Source: Eledone cirrhosa (Eukaryota). From it: a stretch of DNA of 64,000 nucleotides. The position numbers and the translations under genes were made by a program. The notes below the pieces were generated by a model. It ran no database searches. It had not been told where the DNA came from and saw only the letters and a program-made list of their open reading frames with translations. The stretch is from assembly GCA_964016885.1 (NCBI GenBank), contig OZ024743.1:72602001-72666000 (forward strand), given 5' to 3'. Below are positions 52,406 through 64,000 of this stretch, one piece after another; the stretch's first letter is position 1; each line of letters starts with the position of its first letter.

Positions 52406-52408
<3 letters not shown>
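50452..52408 (+). mobile_element. Penelope-like element 5 (possibly Nematis-type), 5'-truncated, with ~155-bp terminal inverted copy of its 3' end
   Basis: GAAIGVSIAGDVANLFMVWW, RYVDD, TIDYPS.HP..RLPV, VVYSI.C..YIGETARSIG; 50452-50606 is the reverse complement of 52254-52408. Confidence 0.9.
52161..52210 (+). ncRNA. Degenerate hammerhead at PLE5 3' end
   Basis: CUGACGA UAUUGCA-GAUG-UGCAAC GAAA..UC; stem I decayed; same position as the hammerhead in PLE6. Confidence 0.55.
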
Positions 52409-52454
<46 letters not shown>

Positions 52455-52567
52455 AACCAGTAAGACCCCTATTACCAGTAAGACACCTATTACCCACTCT
52501 ACTACCCCAAGTATTGAGTACTTTGGTGCGTTATGGGCCACCTGGTTCCTTACCACATTTCCTTCGT

Positions 52568-52609
<42 letters not shown>

Positions 52610-53418
52610 CATATATATATATAAATATATATAGATATGTATATATATATATTAGAAATACTAAGGAAATGAAGATGATATCTAGAACGATAACCAATTT
52701 TTTACTCAAATGCACTCTATCCTTTAATCAGATAGCACTCTATCCTTTATCAATATGGACACCACTTGGCCACTTTCATAATTCATGGTCGTATCCCACC
52801 GTGTGTTATCTAATGCAGGTAATATTTACAATAGATCCGGATAAAACTATGCCTTATCGGTTAAATTTGGTGAAACGAAAACTACATGAATGCATATCGA
52901 ATTGACTAGCCTTATCGCAAATTGCTTCATATTGAATCTCCCTGAGAATTACATTAAGCGTGCACGTGTCTGGGAAATGCACAATCACTAACGCGTTAAT
53001 TTCTTATTAAAGATATTCTGTTAATCGAACATTTGGAAATCTCATCGTTGAAACCGAAGCATGTCCATTTGATTCTCCATCAATTTTAAAAAATACATTT
53101 CCTGACAAAGATTATTCTACCAACGTTAATCGTTTCCCATTATTAAACTTATTCAATCATATAAATAGATTTTTATATATAATTGTGAACTGTTTCATTT
53201 AATCTTTTTGTTATATTGTACTGGAATTGATGCAACAAATCCATTTGTATTTACAATTATGTGAATATGAACCGCAAATATATTGCAACTTCTTTTGACG
53301 AAAGAAAAAGAGTGTTACAAATATATATAAATATATATGTAATTTATCCCCATCCCAATCACCACCCTCTCCTACAATCAGAAAAGATATAAATACCACC
53401 ATATAGTTGGACAGTCAG

Positions 53419-53465
53419 CTTCCTGATGATTTCTCCAGAATGAAACATTTCTAGTTCTGTAGAAG
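53419..53465 (+). ncRNA. Type-I hammerhead ribozyme
   Basis: CUUC CUGAUGA U-UUCU-CC-AGAA-U GAAA CA-UUUCUAGUUC-UG UA GAAG; paralog of 48418-48470. Confidence 0.75.
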
Positions 53466-53499
53466 GTTTTCTATATTACACACACACAAACACACACAC

Positions 53500-53540
<41 letters not shown>

Positions 53541-53544
<4 letters not shown>

Positions 53545-54231
53545 GAAAAATCAGTAATGCATCTTAACTCAATTTATTGTGTGTTACAATTGTTTAGGTG
53601 GCAGACAGCTCGAGACACGATCATTGTATGGATCTGTCTGATTCTGGACCTGCAGGTTCGCGGACACTTGTAATAATTTCGGATTAAATTTTCCCACTGG
53701 GGCGTTAGCGTTAACAATCATCTTCCTCGCTTGTCCTGTTATTGGGTGTTGTTTTTCTACGTCATCATAAATGTTGACCAATAGGTGCTGTCACACTGAC
53801 TATCAGCTGTCCATCTGCCTGCCACACTTCAATGAATCCATGCTAGGTTTGGTAGTTCACAAGCCCACGCGCGCACTCACACACACACACATATATATAT
53901 ATGTATATATATATACACACACACACACTCACATACACACACTGGCTCATATACACTCAAACAAATACGCGCCTATTACCTACATGCCCACACACGTCTA
54001 CAAGGATACATACATACATACATACATACATATATCTGTCTGTACTCATATATGTATACTCACAAATCATATAAATCTACACAATGGGTCATACAGGGTC
54101 ATCCATGAAAGGATTAATCTTGTTGTACACATGCACAAATATAAACAATATAACCAAATACATACATCCATACACATATATACATATATATACATACATA
54201 TAAATAAATAAATAAATGTATATAAATATAT

Positions 54232-54317
<86 letters not shown>

Positions 54318-55330
54318 GCATATATGTACATACACACACATACATATAACGTCATACATTACAATATGTTTCTTGTATTAAACATGCACATATATAAACA
54401 ATATAATCATATACATACATCCATACACATTCACATAACATATACATATATATCTGTCTACATACACACACATATATATACACATACGCATACACATATA
54501 CACATATAAAATAGAAATATACAATATATTAAAATATACATATAACGTCACATAGAGATATATAAAAAAAAGGGAGAAGAAGGGACCTGTATGCGTATGA
54601 TATAGAACATAGGGGAGTATGAGATATACACTTGGGCCCGTATACGGAACAAATAATATGTATTCCAAAATGGAATACGTGGAGAGTATGGATTCTCGAT
54701 TGAAAAGGTACACATGCATGGGGGTGCGTAGACAGGCCATATTGATGTATGTCACTGTGGTTGAGGTATGTTGTCCTATAAGTGTAAGGTATTTGACTGA
54801 AAGACAGTGGAATCCGGGTCAACTTGTCCCGGCTCAGGCGATGTTCTTGCCTCAGGTGACATGCAAAGTCGGGTATGCATCTTGGGTTATTTTGGTTTAC
54901 ACCACAGGGCATATATTGTCAACAGGGTATGGTGTATGATCCCTTGAACCCGTTTCCCCGCTCTGGTCGGCGTGCGCACCGCCGCATGCCTTTAGCCTGG
55001 GCTTTCCGGTGGATTCCATGCGGAGAGTGTGCACCTTCTCTGGTGTCTGCACGTCATGATAATTTCCGATTTCAGGTTCACCGCATCATCCTTCAGTCTG
55101 ACTATTTCCATAGGCTACACTTTCTACTTCCAGCCGAGTATGTATTCGCGTGCCGAAAGATACTCCAGTTAAGAGCGTACGGGGTTCCTTTGTCTTTCAA
55201 GTCCCACACCAGGTCCGCTAGCCTAGTGGAGTTCCTCTTACTGCCGTCCTTGAAGGTGTTCGTGTGGTTATACATCCACGATTTAAAGGTCGTGGATGTT
55301 GCGCCGATGTAGGTGCGCTTCATATTAACA
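53541..55330 (-). mobile_element. 5'-truncated PLE 8: GIY-YIG C-terminal half plus probable long 3' UTR
   Basis: RTYIGATSTTFKS..YNH...F...STRLADLVWDLK..Y.LNWSI....Y.AGSRKCSL..TCRH (55030-55320); 53541-53880 is homologous to 60265-60620. Confidence 0.7.
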
Positions 55331-55615
55331 TAACTGGATAGAGGAATAAAAAGGAAGATTGCCAACATTTTCGAGACAGAAAATGACGGAAATCCGTGCA
55401 TAAAACGTAGATCAAATATTGTCAAAATATATAATATATAATATATAAATTAATATAAAATAATGGCATTCTAAACAAATATCATTTCATAAATTTTCCC
55501 TACGATATTTCCCAGATATTTCTGTAGAATTACTTCAAATCAGATGATTTCAAACAGCATATTGAAACAGCGAAGGCAGAATTATATACACAATTTGTCA
55601 TTGCATATATATATT

Positions 55616-55750
<135 letters not shown>

Positions 55751-56544
55751 GATGACAAGTTATCTTTTAGGTAATCCAGATAGAGGTTGTGAGTACTCTG
55801 TACTATGAATAGTTTTAACGTACGGCGTTGTTTGACTCAACTAGCGGTTGTTATATTGATCAGGTGACGCTAAAGGCTGCTAATCACTCGAAATTGCGTC
55901 ACTCGACCTTAAATACAGTGTTTGTCTCTGATCAAATCATCGGGATACTGGGCCAGTATTCCGATGATTTCATAACTTCGAGTGATTAGTGGCATTTAAA
56001 CTCACCTGATCAATGTAACAATTGTTAATACTGTAAATAAATCTCTTTTTGTACAGCCGACCATGTTATTCTTCACTCTTTCACTACATATATATATATA
56101 TTATTTATATTATGTAATAAACTACACAGTATAATTATTCCATTACCAAAGGTTACAAGAAACGTCCGATCCGTTCATCAGATCATATAGTAGGAAAAGC
56201 TTTATTTGTGTTTCGGGCATTAGTCTTTCATCAGAAGTTAGAATGAAAAATAAAAGATGAAATAGAAAGATAAAAAGTAAGTAGAGGAACGAACGGTAAA
56301 CATTTTTTAAAAAGAAAAACGAGCTATTTATTCAGTCAGCCATATATTATGGAGAAAATAAAGTTGAAAGCATAGAAATTATCCGAAATTGCCGTCTATA
56401 TGCAGAACGGTACGATTATAAGTCCAGTTAATGAAATATTATTTTCGGCTCAGCACATAGTATATAGTAACAAACGTTTGTCTGTATGTTTTTCATGTAA
56501 AGGCATCTTTGAGACATTTCCCAATATAATTCATTTAAACAACA

Positions 56545-56595
<51 letters not shown>

Positions 56596-56625
56596 GATGA
56601 TGATGATGCTGATACTGCTACTACT
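56545..56625 (+). repeat. (CTA)n/(TGA)n trinucleotide repeat
   Basis: Direct reading. Confidence 0.95.
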
Positions 56626-56764
56626 ACCGTTGTAATCAAATTTATAATCAAATTTATAATCAAAATGTCACCAATAATAACCCTTCGTATATTATATTAT
56701 GATTGCCTGCTAGCACGATTATGCCACCAATGTTGGTGCCTAATCAAATTGGTTTGATTAATAT

Positions 56765-57098
56765 TTGGCAGTGTCGGTAGAGCGTCGGACACCATGCTTT
56801 GTGGCATAGAGTTACGGCCCTTTATGTTCTGAGTTTAAATCTACCCGAGGTTAGCTTTGGCTTTCATGCTTAAGGGGTCGAGGAAATAAATTACCAGTAA
56901 TGCACTGGGGGAGGTTTAATCGACTTTCCCTTCTCCGTAATTGCTGGCCTTGTGCCTAAATCTGAAACCCTTATTATTATGTTTATTAATCAGGTTAGAT
57001 TTGCCTCTCGCCCTTACGCGGTCGATAAAATAAAGCACCAGTATTTCACTGGGCTCGATTAATCGACTTTTACCTTCCCCTCAAATTGCTGGCTTTGT
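56765..57098 (+). mobile_element. SINE family A plus partial tandem copy
   Basis: TGGCAGTGTCGGTAGAG...GGGGTCGA; second GGTCGATAAAATAAAGCACCAG. Confidence 0.8.
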
Positions 57099-58109
57099 TC
57101 TTGTTGTTGTTGTCATGGTCCCATCAGCATTAGCTATTATTTCTATTGATGTTGTCGGTATTTATAAAGCCTGATTCATATTTTGAAGAAAATGATAATG
57201 TGCCATTGTCTTTTGGGAGGATTTGTTTTTAATTCTAGGTAAATGTCATCCATCATAAAAAGTATGTTTTCTGTACGGAACAGTGAAATATTTATTCTAG
57301 TTTGGGGTTGAAAGAATCTGAGAAAAATATTTCAATGCAGTCGTTTAACTCTTTACTAAAATCTATTACAATATTCTTAACTTAAATGTGAAAATACTTC
57401 ATTTCAAGCTAGTGATTCGTGACAGTGTAGACTTATGCGACATTGTTTTACGTAATAGAAATATTTTACAATGATATTATTCATGCTTATCTTATTTTAA
57501 AATCTCACGAAATTTGCATTTGCGCCAGTTATTGCAAAGTTTTAAATAATTGCTACATGCAGAAGAATGACACACAGATATATAAACAAAAGCCTTGCAC
57601 TTGATATGAATTTTGAAAATATGTTAAGCAGCACATTTCCACTATGAAAATGTATTGCATGTACGTTCTATGGGGAATACTCTTTTTATGAAACTACAAA
57701 TAATGTTTGGAACTATTAATGGCACAACACAGTTATATAGAAATGATCACTACTGTTAAAACAATTACCAAAATCATAATATGTAATAGTGGGCTGCATT
57801 CAGAAAAGCGGCAGACCCAATTATTGCAATTTTCTCACAGAAAACAGAAAAAATAACCTTTAAAGAAAAGTCAAACGCCTCATTCAAATTTTACATAAAC
57901 AAACCAAACATAGAATCAAGTATTAATTCTGATGTATTTCACTTAATATAAAACATTAAAATGAGAGTTGCACATTGTTGATGGCAATATATTAGTGAGA
58001 AAACTTCAAATGAATGATTATTACAATATTCTTGAAAGCTAATGGATTTCAGAAGGAAGACGATATGTCACTTGAGAAAGATGTTTTTTCTCACGGTAAT
58101 CCTTTCAAC

Positions 58110-58810
58110 ACAGCTGGCAAAAATATGTCATTCACTGTGTCACACATTCTACGTTAAAGGCCCCTGTATCTGTGGAATGCTCAGTAACTTGCAAGTTAAT
58201 TTCACGAACATGCTGTTTCGTTGTTCGGACAATTGGAACACTAAGTGATGGATATATTACAGAATGGCGAAGATTAGTTGTTAAGATTTCTTCACTGATC
58301 CTATCCTTTCTTCCGGCGGTGTAAACATTCGCATGACGTCCAATAATAGAGAGATGGGGAGATCGAGAGAGACGGAGAAAGTGTCTACTGTAGTTGTTAT
58401 CAATACTATTGCTACTCTAGATGTTGCTGTAACAACTGCTATCACCATTGTTCAGGCTGCGAATGTCTTGGCTACCTTCAAAATGTATGAAGTAGAAGTT
58501 TCTAACTCTTAGCTAAGAAATTTTGGAGTTTATCACTGGTAACCAGCCCTGACACAAACCCAAACTAAATCTCTTTTAAGTTAATTTTCTTTCCACTTAG
58601 TTATTATGAATCGTCCAATAATTATAAAATCAATTGATTGTCGATGAATCCTTGACCGCCCTTCGGTTTTGGTGATGACTGTTCCAGTCATTCGATCAAT
58701 GGAACACCTGACACATTAAATTGAATTATAAGTAACTGAGCATTTCACAGGCATTAGTAACTTTAACGTAATTCTCTCAGAAATTCAGCGTCATCTGTGT
58801 GAAAATGCTA
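58110..58810. repeat. Two oppositely oriented decayed fragments of one repeat, probably a SINE body (58110-58250 minus, 58670-58810 plus)
   Basis: TGTGGAATGCTCAGTAACTT versus AAGTAACTGAGCATTTCACA; CTACGTTAAAG versus CTTTAACGTA. Confidence 0.5.
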
Positions 58811-58914
58811 GACGATTATATTACCTGTCAATTCAATCGGAGGGACTTCCAAAAATGTTTCTCTATCAGATATTACAAGCATATCTTGAATTGCCTCGAG
58901 TCAATGTTTCCTAA

Positions 58915-59050
58915 GTACTCACCACCATAGGCGCTGAGCTGGCCAGCCGCAGGTGTGAGTCTCGCGAGCTGGAATGGCTTTTCCTGCGCGTCTCACTTGC
59001 CGTCCTCCGGGGAAACGCCTTGTCCATTCTGTCCGCCGGAGCTGCGGAGA
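58915..59050 (+). pseudogene. Second CRE-like 3' fragment
   Basis: IGAELASRRCESRELEWLFLRVSLAVLRGNALSILSAG; paralog of 4290-4410. Confidence 0.65.
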
Positions 59051-59837
59051 GGCCACCAAAAGGATTGACTGACATGTCATTTTCTCAGTCAGATGTTTTT
59101 AGACATCACCCAGTTAAACATAATTATGTATATATACAAATATAAATTCAGCGAGAATCGTATTTCGGCTGGTAGAAAAAGCGAAACGAAACGCAAAATC
59201 GTAGAAATGCTGGCAAGCGCTCCAAGAGTTAAGAAAACTAGAGCTAAATAAAAAGTTAAAACGCCATAAAAACTGAAAAAGTGGTTAAGAAGGCATTAAA
59301 CACCTAAGCCAAAATATAAATCAAGCTAAACAGGTCAAACAAAATAAATGATAAAAATAGACCTGGACCCAAATGGAATTGATTGTAAAATCCAAATGCA
59401 GGGTTTCTATGACACCTAAATCAATAATACTGTCTGCTTAAAACTATAATCTTTTAGCATAATGATCGAACAAGGAATATCACGTTATCAACAGGTATTT
59501 TGCTCTGTAACCAACTTTGTGAGTGACGCATAACTATGTAAAAGCATATGTGTAAGTCGCAATGGGAAAACCCCCAGATTTTGGCAAATGAATTCACTAT
59601 GTGTATATCATAAAAAAAGTTCATAGATAGCACAAATCGAATAAGCACTCAACCGGGTAGTTTTTAAAATAAACTTATGCAATTAATCTGTCAATAGAAT
59701 CATTAACAGGTTAATATATATATATATATATATATATACATAAGTTTATTTTAAAATACTACCCGGTTGAGTGCTTATTCGATTTGTGTTATCTATGAAC
59801 TTTTTACCGCCTATGGAAGCATCTTAGCTACCATTAA

Positions 59838-59905
<68 letters not shown>

Positions 59906-59924
59906 GTGAGATTTTTACAAAATG

Positions 59925-59998
<74 letters not shown>

Positions 59999-60095
59999 AA
60001 GAAAGATGAAATCGAAAATGCAACTGGAGTCTTTTTTCTTTAGACTTTCACTCGTGTAGGACAACTCGTTTTTTTTCATTTCGTAAAAACCTCAC

Positions 60096-60179
<84 letters not shown>

Positions 60180-60935
60180 GTTTAATGGTAGCTAAGATGC
60201 TTCCATAGGCGGTATGCTTGTTGACCACTCTATGCTCCTACGGAGCAGAGTATTATAGAATGGAAAACGAAAATTCAGTGATGCATCGGAACTCAATTTA
60301 TTGTGTGTTACAATGTCTTCCCCGGCGAACAACTCGAGGTGCGATTTGTGTGTGGATCGACCTGACTCTAGACTCGCAGGTTCCTCGGACACGTCTATTC
60401 ATTTCAGAGCATGCTCTCTTTCTGGGGTTCCTGACCGTACAGGTCTGCATCGTCCACCCTCATCCGCTTTGCGCGTCCTTGGGTTGGTGACTGGTTAGTG
60501 ACGTCATGATTATTCTGACCAGTGGTAGCAGCCGTTTGATCGTCAGGGTTTGAGCTCTCATTCACCCACTGCCCCGTCGGCAAAATTACTGCTGTTTGTC
60601 AGCTCCCACTCCCACTCGCACACACACACAGACACACACAGAGGCACACACACACAGCGCGTGTATATACGCACGCATATAAACAGACATTGACATATAC
60701 ACGCACCCGTATATATATACATGCACACACGTACGCGTTCGAACGTATACATACACATACACGCACATACACGTACAGATATATATACATACACACATAT
60801 GCACATCTGCACATATATAAGTGTATATACACACATACATATACATATACATATATGTATTTATATGCACATACATATATATATACACACCTACCCACAC
60901 GCCCACACACACGTATACACACATAAGTCTACACG

Positions 60936-61016
<81 letters not shown>

Positions 61017-61115
61017 AAGTATGACCCCGGCGACAAAGCTCAAGCCGTTTCGACCATAAGTGTTGAGTACTCTGGTGCGTTATGGTCCATCTGGTTCCTT
61101 CCCACAATTCCTTTG

Positions 61116-61162
<47 letters not shown>

Positions 61163-61169
<7 letters not shown>

Positions 61170-63270
61170 ATACTTTGGGAGGGTCATGTTGCAATAAGAA
61201 ACACACGCATCAGTTGCTTTCACTTCAATTTATTATATATTTATAAATTTATAAATTTACAAATTTACAAACTTATAAATTTCTGGTTGGTTGGTTGGTT
61301 CCACAACCAGATAGTTGTTTATATATATAGTCATAGTCCTTTCGTCACACACTCTGTGACCTCTTCAGTGACTGGGGATTCCTTTCTTTGTTTCTGTGCC
61401 TTTCCTTTCTTCTATCCTACGCCATTTTGTTTCTGTGTGTGTTGTGTGTTCAGTTTGCGCATGCGCCACATCCGGGTGTCTGTGTGTGTTTGTGTTCATT
61501 TATCTATTTGTTTATTTATTTATTTATTTATTTATTGTTGGTTGGTTGTTTGTTCTATGTGTGTGTGTGTTTTCATTTTGTCCTGTGTGTGTTTTCATTT
61601 TGTCCTTAATTGTAAGTTTTGATGTTGCTGTTCCACTCATATTTTCTATTTAATTTTGGTTTTAATTATTTTATGCTTACTGCCTCTGTAATTTGCCTAA
61701 ACATTGCGTCTTTTCTGTGTGTGGATTCTATTTTTATTTCTATGTTCTCTAATCTACCCCTGTGTTCTATCTTAGCATGTTGGTAGAGCACAGATGATTC
61801 TTTATTATCTTGGAGGTCTCGCCAGTGTTCATTTATTCGTTCTCCTATACTACGAGCTGTCTCACCTATGTACACTATATTTTTGTTTCTACATTGTCCT
61901 TCAGTACATCTTATGCTATACACTACATTTCTAGTTTTACAGTTAATATGGGGGCTTATTTTACAGGTTATACATTTCTTATCTATACATGAGGGTCTTT
62001 GGAACGGGTATGTCTTGCTAATAAGTGTTTTTACGGAGGTACCTGGTATTTCTACTATCTTAATATTGAGATTATGTTTATTTAGGGCCCTTCTAAATTT
62101 GTAGGCTAGTTCGCCTCTAGGGGTTGTATTGATGAACATTACACTCTGGTATTTATTGCTATCATACCATGAGTTTATTCTATTGGCCTTGTTCCTAGTT
62201 CTTTCTATTCTATTCCAAAATTTGCTCCTATACAAGGGGCAGGTCCCATTTATGTCATTATTTACCATTTCTACCCATTTGGTTCTGGCTCCTTTATACA
62301 CTCTGATTCTATCTCTCTGATTGTAGCCAGAGAACTGCATACGGTGGATGAAGTGTTGTATGTGTCTATCTAGTTCTTCGGGGTTGCACATGCGGGACAC
62401 ATTTCTCATCAACCGTACCAAATCCGCAATCAGTATGTTGATTTTGGTATGGTCCGAAATGGCCGAGTTTCGGTGGATCAGATGTTTGGAAGTCATGGGT
62501 TTGGCATAATGGGAATGGAGGATTTGTTTTTGGTTGTTAATGGTATCTAACCAGAGCTCTGTGTCTAGTACAGGTAATCGATGGTTGGGCTGTCTACTTG
62601 GGTAGACTATAGTAACTCTAATGCTCTGGTGGATGGAGTTTGCTATTTGCTGGATGCTTTCAATTGTGTTTTTCTCTAGTTCCTGACTGTTCTTTAGTGG
62701 GGGTGTCTTAACTACGATGTTTATATCATCTACGTAGAGGGAGTACATTATCAGGGTTAAGCTGTCTTCTAATTGTTCTTTAAGTTTTTGTTTAAGTCTA
62801 CTGTCCCACCATACCATGAATAAGTTAGCTATGTCGCCTGCAATGCTAACACCAATGGCTGCTCCTTCCTCTTGGGCATATGTTTTACCATTAAATTTGA
62901 ACATATGTTCCTTAAGGGTTAATTTTATGCTGTCCCCTACCGCATGTGCAATCATTTTCTTCAGTTCATCGTGGTTTTCGGGTGTCCGTATGGCTCTGGT
63001 CCACCCGTTCCATCTATCTGTGTGGGTTTTCTTGGCCATTGAGGTAATGGTAGGTGGTCTGCCTCTTGCTGGTCTGAGGAGATCCTCCGTGCTGTCACAC
63101 ACATCTGGGGACATCCCAATGATGGGGCGTATGATCAGGGAGAGGAAGTAGGACAGCGTGTAGTTACTAGCAATGTTAGCCCCACAGACTGGCCGTGTTG
63201 GTGGTCCCGCGACAGGGTCCCAGCCCGTTTTATGGTCTTTTCGAAGCCCATACAACGCCGGCACGTCATT
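61163..63270 (-). mobile_element. Penelope-like element 6 (same group as PLE5); 532-aa ORF 61666-63264 with internal RT deletion
   Basis: LYGLRKDHK..PTRPVCGA, GAAIGVSIAG, YVDD, CIDKKCITC..C..RNVVYSIRC..YIGETARS.GER..EH; 3' terminus GACCCTCCCAAAGTATAACAATA shared with PLE5. Confidence 0.9.
61328..61374 (-). ncRNA. Minimal hammerhead ribozyme in PLE6 3' pLTR
   Basis: AGUCA CUGAAGA G-GUCACA-GAGUG-UGUGAC GAAA GGAC UA UGACU. Confidence 0.75.
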
Positions 63271-63579
63271 GTTCCAGAAATGAAAGAATAAATTCAGAAA
63301 TGAAAGAATAAATTGAAGTTATTAACCTTGGCCTTTTGTCATATTGCCCCCACCCACACACCCACACACCCACATACACACACGCACACACACACACACA
63401 TAAACACACACACACACACACACACTCACATACACATAAAACACATCGATAAAACTTTCGAATTCTTCATGCTACAGAAAATATGATAAACATTATATAA
63501 TAAATTTAAGGTGTAAATTAATTTAAAGAGAATATTAGAGAACATAGTTTACATATATATATAGAAATTAACACTTTCG

Positions 63580-63622
<43 letters not shown>

Positions 63623-63629
63623 ATCTATC

Positions 63630-64000
<371 letters not shown>

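Overview
AT-rich, microsatellite-laden eukaryotic DNA. The SINE families and abundant (TA)n/(CA)n point to an octopod cephalopod genome (inference). No convincing host exon was found; the window is essentially a nest of transposable elements. Contents: at least 8 Penelope-like element (PLE; RT plus C-terminal GIY-YIG) copies or fragments from about three subgroups; a near-complete frameshifted RepHel Helitron with 23-aa STPR-like repeats; a non-autonomous Helitron; a hAT MITE with an 8-bp TSD; HERO, RTE, CRE-like and R4/Dong-like LINE relics; and tRNA-derived SINEs. Two signals stand out. (1) One PLE (about 35200-36150, minus strand) carries dense, strand-specific, clustered A-to-G substitutions relative to its paralogs in this window, as expected if an ADAR hyper-edited RNA was reverse-transcribed into the genome. 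(2) About 15 minimal type-I hammerhead ribozyme motifs (intact, variant or decayed) occur, many at PLE ends, including two unrelated ones with a compensatory U3-A8 core pair. Most short ORFs in the supplied track are microsatellite artefacts. All alignments and folds were done by eye.
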